This document shows positions 35,261-39,817 of a stretch of 39,817 nt of DNA, piece by piece (within the stretch, counting starts at the first letter, position 1; every line of letters begins with the position of its first letter). The translations under genes and the position numbers were made by a program. Under the pieces are notes generated by a model. That model made no database searches. It saw only the letters and a list, made by a program, of their open reading frames with translations, and had not been told where the DNA came from. Location: positions 48,326,742 through 48,366,558 of the forward strand of contig NC_068987.1 in assembly GCF_001194135.2 (NCBI RefSeq), in the 5' to 3' direction. The stretch is from Octopus bimaculoides. Its lineage: Eukaryota.

Positions 35261-35988
35261 CATATAACTTTTTTTAATGTTTTGGAATTTTCAGAAAATT
35301 TTTGTGAATTTGTGTTCTATACATGAGAATTCAAATGATTGTGAAAAAAATTGTGTGATTTAAGGGCGATTTAACTGTTATTTTTAGTACATCTCACAAC
35401 CACCTTCCTCATTTCTTTGTCACTGGCATGTATTTAATATTTTTCAATATTTTTCTCACCATAAACACATTTAGTTGTGGGATTTGAGCCTAAAATTCGG
35501 ACTACCCATATTTTAAACTCTAATTAAAAAAAAAACAAAAAAACAAAGAGTAAAAATGAAGGTAGCAGGTGGTCGTGGCTTTTATTTTTGTGAATTTTCA
35601 GAAAATTTTTGTGAATTTGTGTTTTATCCATTGGAATTCATACACTTAATGCAAAAAAAAAAAAGTTTTTTTAAAACCCTAAAAATCCTAAAATTTCCTA
35701 CTTCTTTTTAATTGTTTTTAAAAATCAGAGTTTAAAATACAGACATTCAGAACTTTTGCTTAAATTCCAGCAATGGACCCTTCTTGAACAATATCAGTAC
35801 ATCATAGTGACAAAGAAACGAGGAAGGTATCAGGTGGTTGTGTGATGTGCTTAAAACAATGGCTAAATTACCTAAATCACACAAAAATTTTATTTGCATA
35901 ATCTTTTGAATTCCCATGTGTCGAAGACAAATTCACAAAAATTTTCTGAAAATTCCAAAAAAATAGAAAAGTTACAAGGGGTTATATG
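35261..35988. repeat. ~730-bp fold-back (long inverted repeat) insert, probably a MITE
   Basis: 35280-35313 is the exact reverse complement of 35927-35960 (34 bp). The arms stay alignable inward to ~35566 and ~35698. A third copy of the sub-repeat lies at 35592-35623. Confidence 0.85.
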
Positions 35989-36014
35989 GGGTGTTTAAAT
36001 CAAAATTCTGTCCC

Positions 36015-37346
36015 TCCAACTAAGAAGAAATGCTGACAGTTTTCCATTGAATATGTCTTATGGCTGTATTCTATCGCCACAGAATGAAGCGAAACCAATG
36101 TATCTCATATGTATGGATGTACTGTCAAATCATAGCATGAAGCCAGCTCAGCTTAAAATCTATTCAGAGACCAAGTTCAAAGACAAGTAAAACAATCCAG
36201 TAGAATATTTTAGAAAACTACAATGAACTCCAAGCAAGAAAAATGGTGAATCAGTTATTTAGTAATCAATTGTGTGAAAATGATAATGGTTGACTGGCAT
36301 CCTATGAAATTTCTAAAATGATAGCAAAGGTTAGGAATTTTGCCAACGGTATCTGTCATAATTTTATCATTTATGAAACAAAATGCTAATGAAATTACTT
36401 GTAAAATTCCTTTAAGTAACTTATCAGTGACACAGTGCATTGATGAAATGGCTAAGATGTAGAAGAGCAACTAGTAGCCAAATTACAAGTACAGAAATTT
36501 CCTTTTCAACCTGATGAATCTACCTAGAGAGATAATGAAGAGTTTAAATGCTTTGTAATCCACACAAAGATGAGATGGTTATCAAAAGATAATTGTCTGT
36601 GTCATCTTTTCTTTTGCACTTTGGTACACTATTGTCTCATTCCTGGCTAGCAACAATCTTAGCCAACAAATGATTGCAACTAAATGTGATATATTTTATT
36701 TATCAGATATATTTGATAAAATTAATTTGATTAACAAACAGCTTTTAGGAGAAAACTCTGATCTCCTATCCTCCAAAGGAGCTATTACTGCTCTTCTATG
36801 GAAAGTACAGCTCTAGAAAATAAATATTGTATGTTGTGTATTTTTACAATTTCCTCGTTTGGAATCAGTTAATAGTAACTGCATGATGATGACCTTGTAT
36901 ACTGAACATTTAAAAAACTTGCATAATGATATGCAAGCCCAGTTTAACGACCTGCTGAAGTTAAATATACTGCATTGGGTGACATTTCTTTTTGAAGTTA
37001 ATGTTGCTGATGTAGATATCTGTTTGCAGGAGAATCTCATTGAATTGCAGAGTGATGAAATATTTCAGGCAAGATTTAAAGATGGAGAACATAATTAATG
37101 TATGGAAAAGAAATGACACTGCTACAAAGTATCCACTATTCTGGTGAGGAAACACAGTTGTACTTTACTGCCTTTCCTTTATCTTACCTTGTTGAATCTG
37201 GTTTCAGCCATGTCACTAACTTATTGTCAAAAGCTCGTAATCAAATTGACATTGTAGAAAAAGGTGATCTTCAAATATCATTGTCAACATTGGAATAGAA
37301 TATTTTAAAACTAGCAGAGCAGCACCAACTGCCAGACTTGCATTAA
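36015..37346 (+). pseudogene. hAT (Buster/Charlie) transposase fragment 2, N- to C-terminus with a large internal deletion
   Basis: It reads KKKC*QFSIEY..KPMYLICMDVLSNHSMKP, IPLSNLSVTQCIDEMA, QPDEST*RDNE joined directly to EFKCFVIHTKMRWLS, then YLSDIFDKIN, LIELQSDE and YLVESGFSHVTNLLSK..GDLQISLS. It has many stops and frameshifts. Confidence 0.88.
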
Positions 37347-37873
37347 AGAAATTAACACTAAAGTACTGTCTGATTTTTACAAATATATACTTGTATATTT
37401 ATGACTCATTTTACTTGTGAACATTCATTTTCCATAGAATTTACTTGTTAAGAAATTAGTTATAGGTCTACAGTTCACAGAATATTTTAACAATTTTTAT
37501 AGAAGTCCTAATAATATTTAATTATGAATATACAATATGATTTTTCTTAAACATCGAATGGGTATGGTAGTGGTGACGGTGGGTCTACAGGAGTGAAATA
37601 GGCATCAAAGGGGTCCACAGGTAAAAAAAAGGTTGAGAACCCCTGGTTTACATAGTTGCTGTTGAAGTTGAGAGTTTGAAACATAGGTGACAGGTAATAT
37701 TTTCAAGAAATTTTTCCTCAAATTTGACCTGATTGTAATTGACATAGCTAATAAAATATCTGGATAATTTTTCACGAAGAAGCTCTTAAGAATATTTTAT
37801 GTCGAGTTTTTAGATTTAGTTGAGTTCCATTAATTTCATATCATGTGCTATTTTTCCATAATTTTCTTTCATT

Positions 37874-39817
37874 TCATCATCATCATCGTTTAACGTCCGC
37901 TTTCCATGCTAGCATGGGTTGGATGATTTGACTGAGGACTGGCATGCCAGAAGGCTGCACAAGGCTCCAATCTGATCTGGCAGAGTTTCTACAGCTGGAT
38001 GCCCTTCCTAACGCCAACTACTCTGAGAGTGTAGTGGGTGCTTTTTCGTGCCACCGACACGAGGGCCAGTCACACGGTACTGGCAATGGCCTCGCTCAAA
38101 AGGTGTTTTTTACGTGCCACCTGCACAGGAGCCAGTCCAGCGGCACTGGCAACGACCTCGCTCGAATGATTTTCTAANNNNNNNNNNNNNNNNNNNNNNN
38201 NNNNNNNNNNNNNNNNNNNNNNNNNNNNNNNNNNNNNNNNNNNNNNNNNNNNNNNNNNNNNNNNNNNNNNNNNNNNNNNNNNNNNNNNNNNNNNNNNNNN
38301 NNNNNNNNNNNNNNNNNNNNNNNNNNNNNNNNNNNNNNNNNNNNNNNNNNNNNNNNNNNNNNNNNNNNNNNNNNNNNNNNNNNNNNNNNNNNNNNNNNNN
38401 NNNNNNNNNNNNNNNNNNNNNNNNNNNNNNNNNNNNNNNNNNNNNNNNNNNNNNNNNNNNNNNNNNNNNNNNNNNNNNNNNNNNNNNNNNNNNNNNNNNN
38501 NNNNNNNNNNNNNNNNNNNNNNNNNNNNNNNNNNNNNNNNNNNNNNNNNNNNNNNNNNNNNNNNNNNNNNNNNNNNNNNNNNNNNNNNNNNNNNNNNNNN
38601 NNNNNNNNNNNNNNNNNNNNNNNNNNNNNNNNNNNNNNNNNNNNNNNNNNNNNNNNNNNNNNNNNNNNNNNNNNNNNNNNNNNNNNNNNNNNNNNNNNNN
38701 NNNNNNNNNNNNNNNNNNNNNNNNNNNNNNNNNNNNNNNNNNNNNNNNNNNNNNNNNNNNNNNNNNNNNNNNNNNNNNNNNNNNNNNNNNNNNNNNNNNN
38801 NNNNNNNNNNNNNNNNNNNNNNNNNNNNNNNNNNNNNNNNNNNNNNNNNNNNNNNNNNNNNNNNNNNNNNNNNNNNNNNNNNNNNNNNNNNNNNNNNNNN
38901 NNNNNNNNNNNNNNNNNNNNNNNNNNNNNNNNNNNNNNNNNNNNNNNNNNNNNNNNNNNNNNNNNNNNNNNNNNNNNNNNNNNNNNNNNNNNNNNNNNNN
39001 NNNNNNNNNNNNNNNNNNNNNNNNNNNNNNNNNNNNNNNNNNNNNNNNNNNNNNNNNNNNNNNNNNNNNNNNNNNNNNNNNNNNNNNNNNNNNNNNNNNN
39101 NNNNNNNNNNNNNNNNNNNNNNNNNNNNNNNNNNNNNNNNNNNNNNNNNNNNNNNNNNNNNNNNNNNNNNNGGTCGTGCTTCACCACTTCGTCCCAGGTC
39201 TTCCTGGGTCTACCTCTTCCACAGGTTCCCTCAACTGCTAGGGTGTGGCACTTTTTCACACAGCTATCCTCATCCATTCTTGCCACATGTCCATACCAGC
39301 GCAGTTGTCTCTCTTGCACACCACAACTGATGCTTCTTAGGTCTAACTTTTTTCTCAAGGTACTTACACTCTGTCTAGTATGCACACTGACATTACACAT
39401 CCATCGGAGCATACTGGCTTCGTTTCTTGCGAGCTTACACATGTCCTCAGCAGTCACGGCCCATGTTTCACTGCCATGTAGCATGGCTGTTCGTACGCAT
39501 GTGTCATACTGTCTGCTTTTACTCTGAGTGAGAGACCCTTTGTCACCAGCAGAGGTAAGAGCTCTCTAAACTTTGCCCAGGCTATTCTTATTCTAGCAGC
39601 TACACTTTCAGCGCACAGTCTCCTGCTACAAACTTGGTCACCTAGGGAGCGGAAGCTATCAACTATCTCTAGTTTTTCTCCCTGGAATGAGACAGAAGTT
39701 GTTTCCTGTTTGTTTACAGTGTTTATTGCACCTGAACATCTGCCACATACAAAAACTAACTTCCTAGTTAACCTGCCTTTGATATTGCTGCACCTCTTAT
39801 GTGTCCATAGCTTACAC
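37874..39817 (-). mobile_element. Young RTE-clade LINE, 3' portion (RT C-terminal region, 3' UTR, (GAT)n tail); runs off the window edge and is interrupted by gap 38178-39171
   Basis: The minus strand from 39816 reads CKLWTHKRCSNIKGRLTRKLVFVCGRC...VDSFRSLGDQ...ARIRIAWAKFRELLPLL. After a 1-bp frameshift near 39515 it continues MLHGSETW...QLRWYGHVARM...GRGRPRKTWDEVV, which are RTE ORF2 C-terminal motifs. It ends in CCATGCTAGCATGGAAAGCGGACGTTAAACGATGATGATG. CpGs are retained. Confidence 0.93.

Larger units (their letters stand above)
34425..37645 (+). mobile_element. Composite hAT/Charlie element delimited by terminal inverted repeats
   Basis: The right end is GGGGTCCACAGGTAAAAAAAAGGTTGAGAACCCCTG (37610-37645). 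The left end CAGTAGTTTTCAATGTGGACCC (34425) matches its reverse complement with a deletion. A second left-end-like CAGGGGTTC starts at 34328. The 8-bp flanks CTTTAGAC, CTTTAGAT and GTTTACAT resemble the Charlie NTCTAGAN preference but do not match exactly. Confidence 0.65.

Overview
This is AT-rich, repeat-dense animal genomic DNA with seven assembly gaps. The repeat families ((GAT)n-tailed RTE LINE ends, several tRNA-derived SINEs, TTAA-flanked MITEs) suggest a coleoid cephalopod, probably Octopus; that is an inference, not a database result. No host protein-coding gene can be identified with confidence. There are only weak candidate exons and a CpG-rich, promoter-like left end (about 1-1600). 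Recognisable coding sequence is transposon-derived and mostly decayed: RTE LINEs (one young copy at the right end with a PHD-like Cys/His insert in the RT region), a BovB-like RTE fragment, a CR1-type 3' fragment, a CRE-like fragment with a restriction-like endonuclease, a Penelope GIY-YIG/pLTR fragment, and a composite Buster/Charlie hAT element holding two different transposase copies and a ~730-bp fold-back insert. The most interesting structural signals are a non-canonical minimal hammerhead-like motif in two Penelope pLTR copies, a tandemly repeated stem-loop in the RTE 3' UTR, a core-plus-(CA)n compound minisatellite, and unusual piggyBac-type MITE events. All coordinates and alignments were read by eye, and the boundaries of degraded repeats are approximate.
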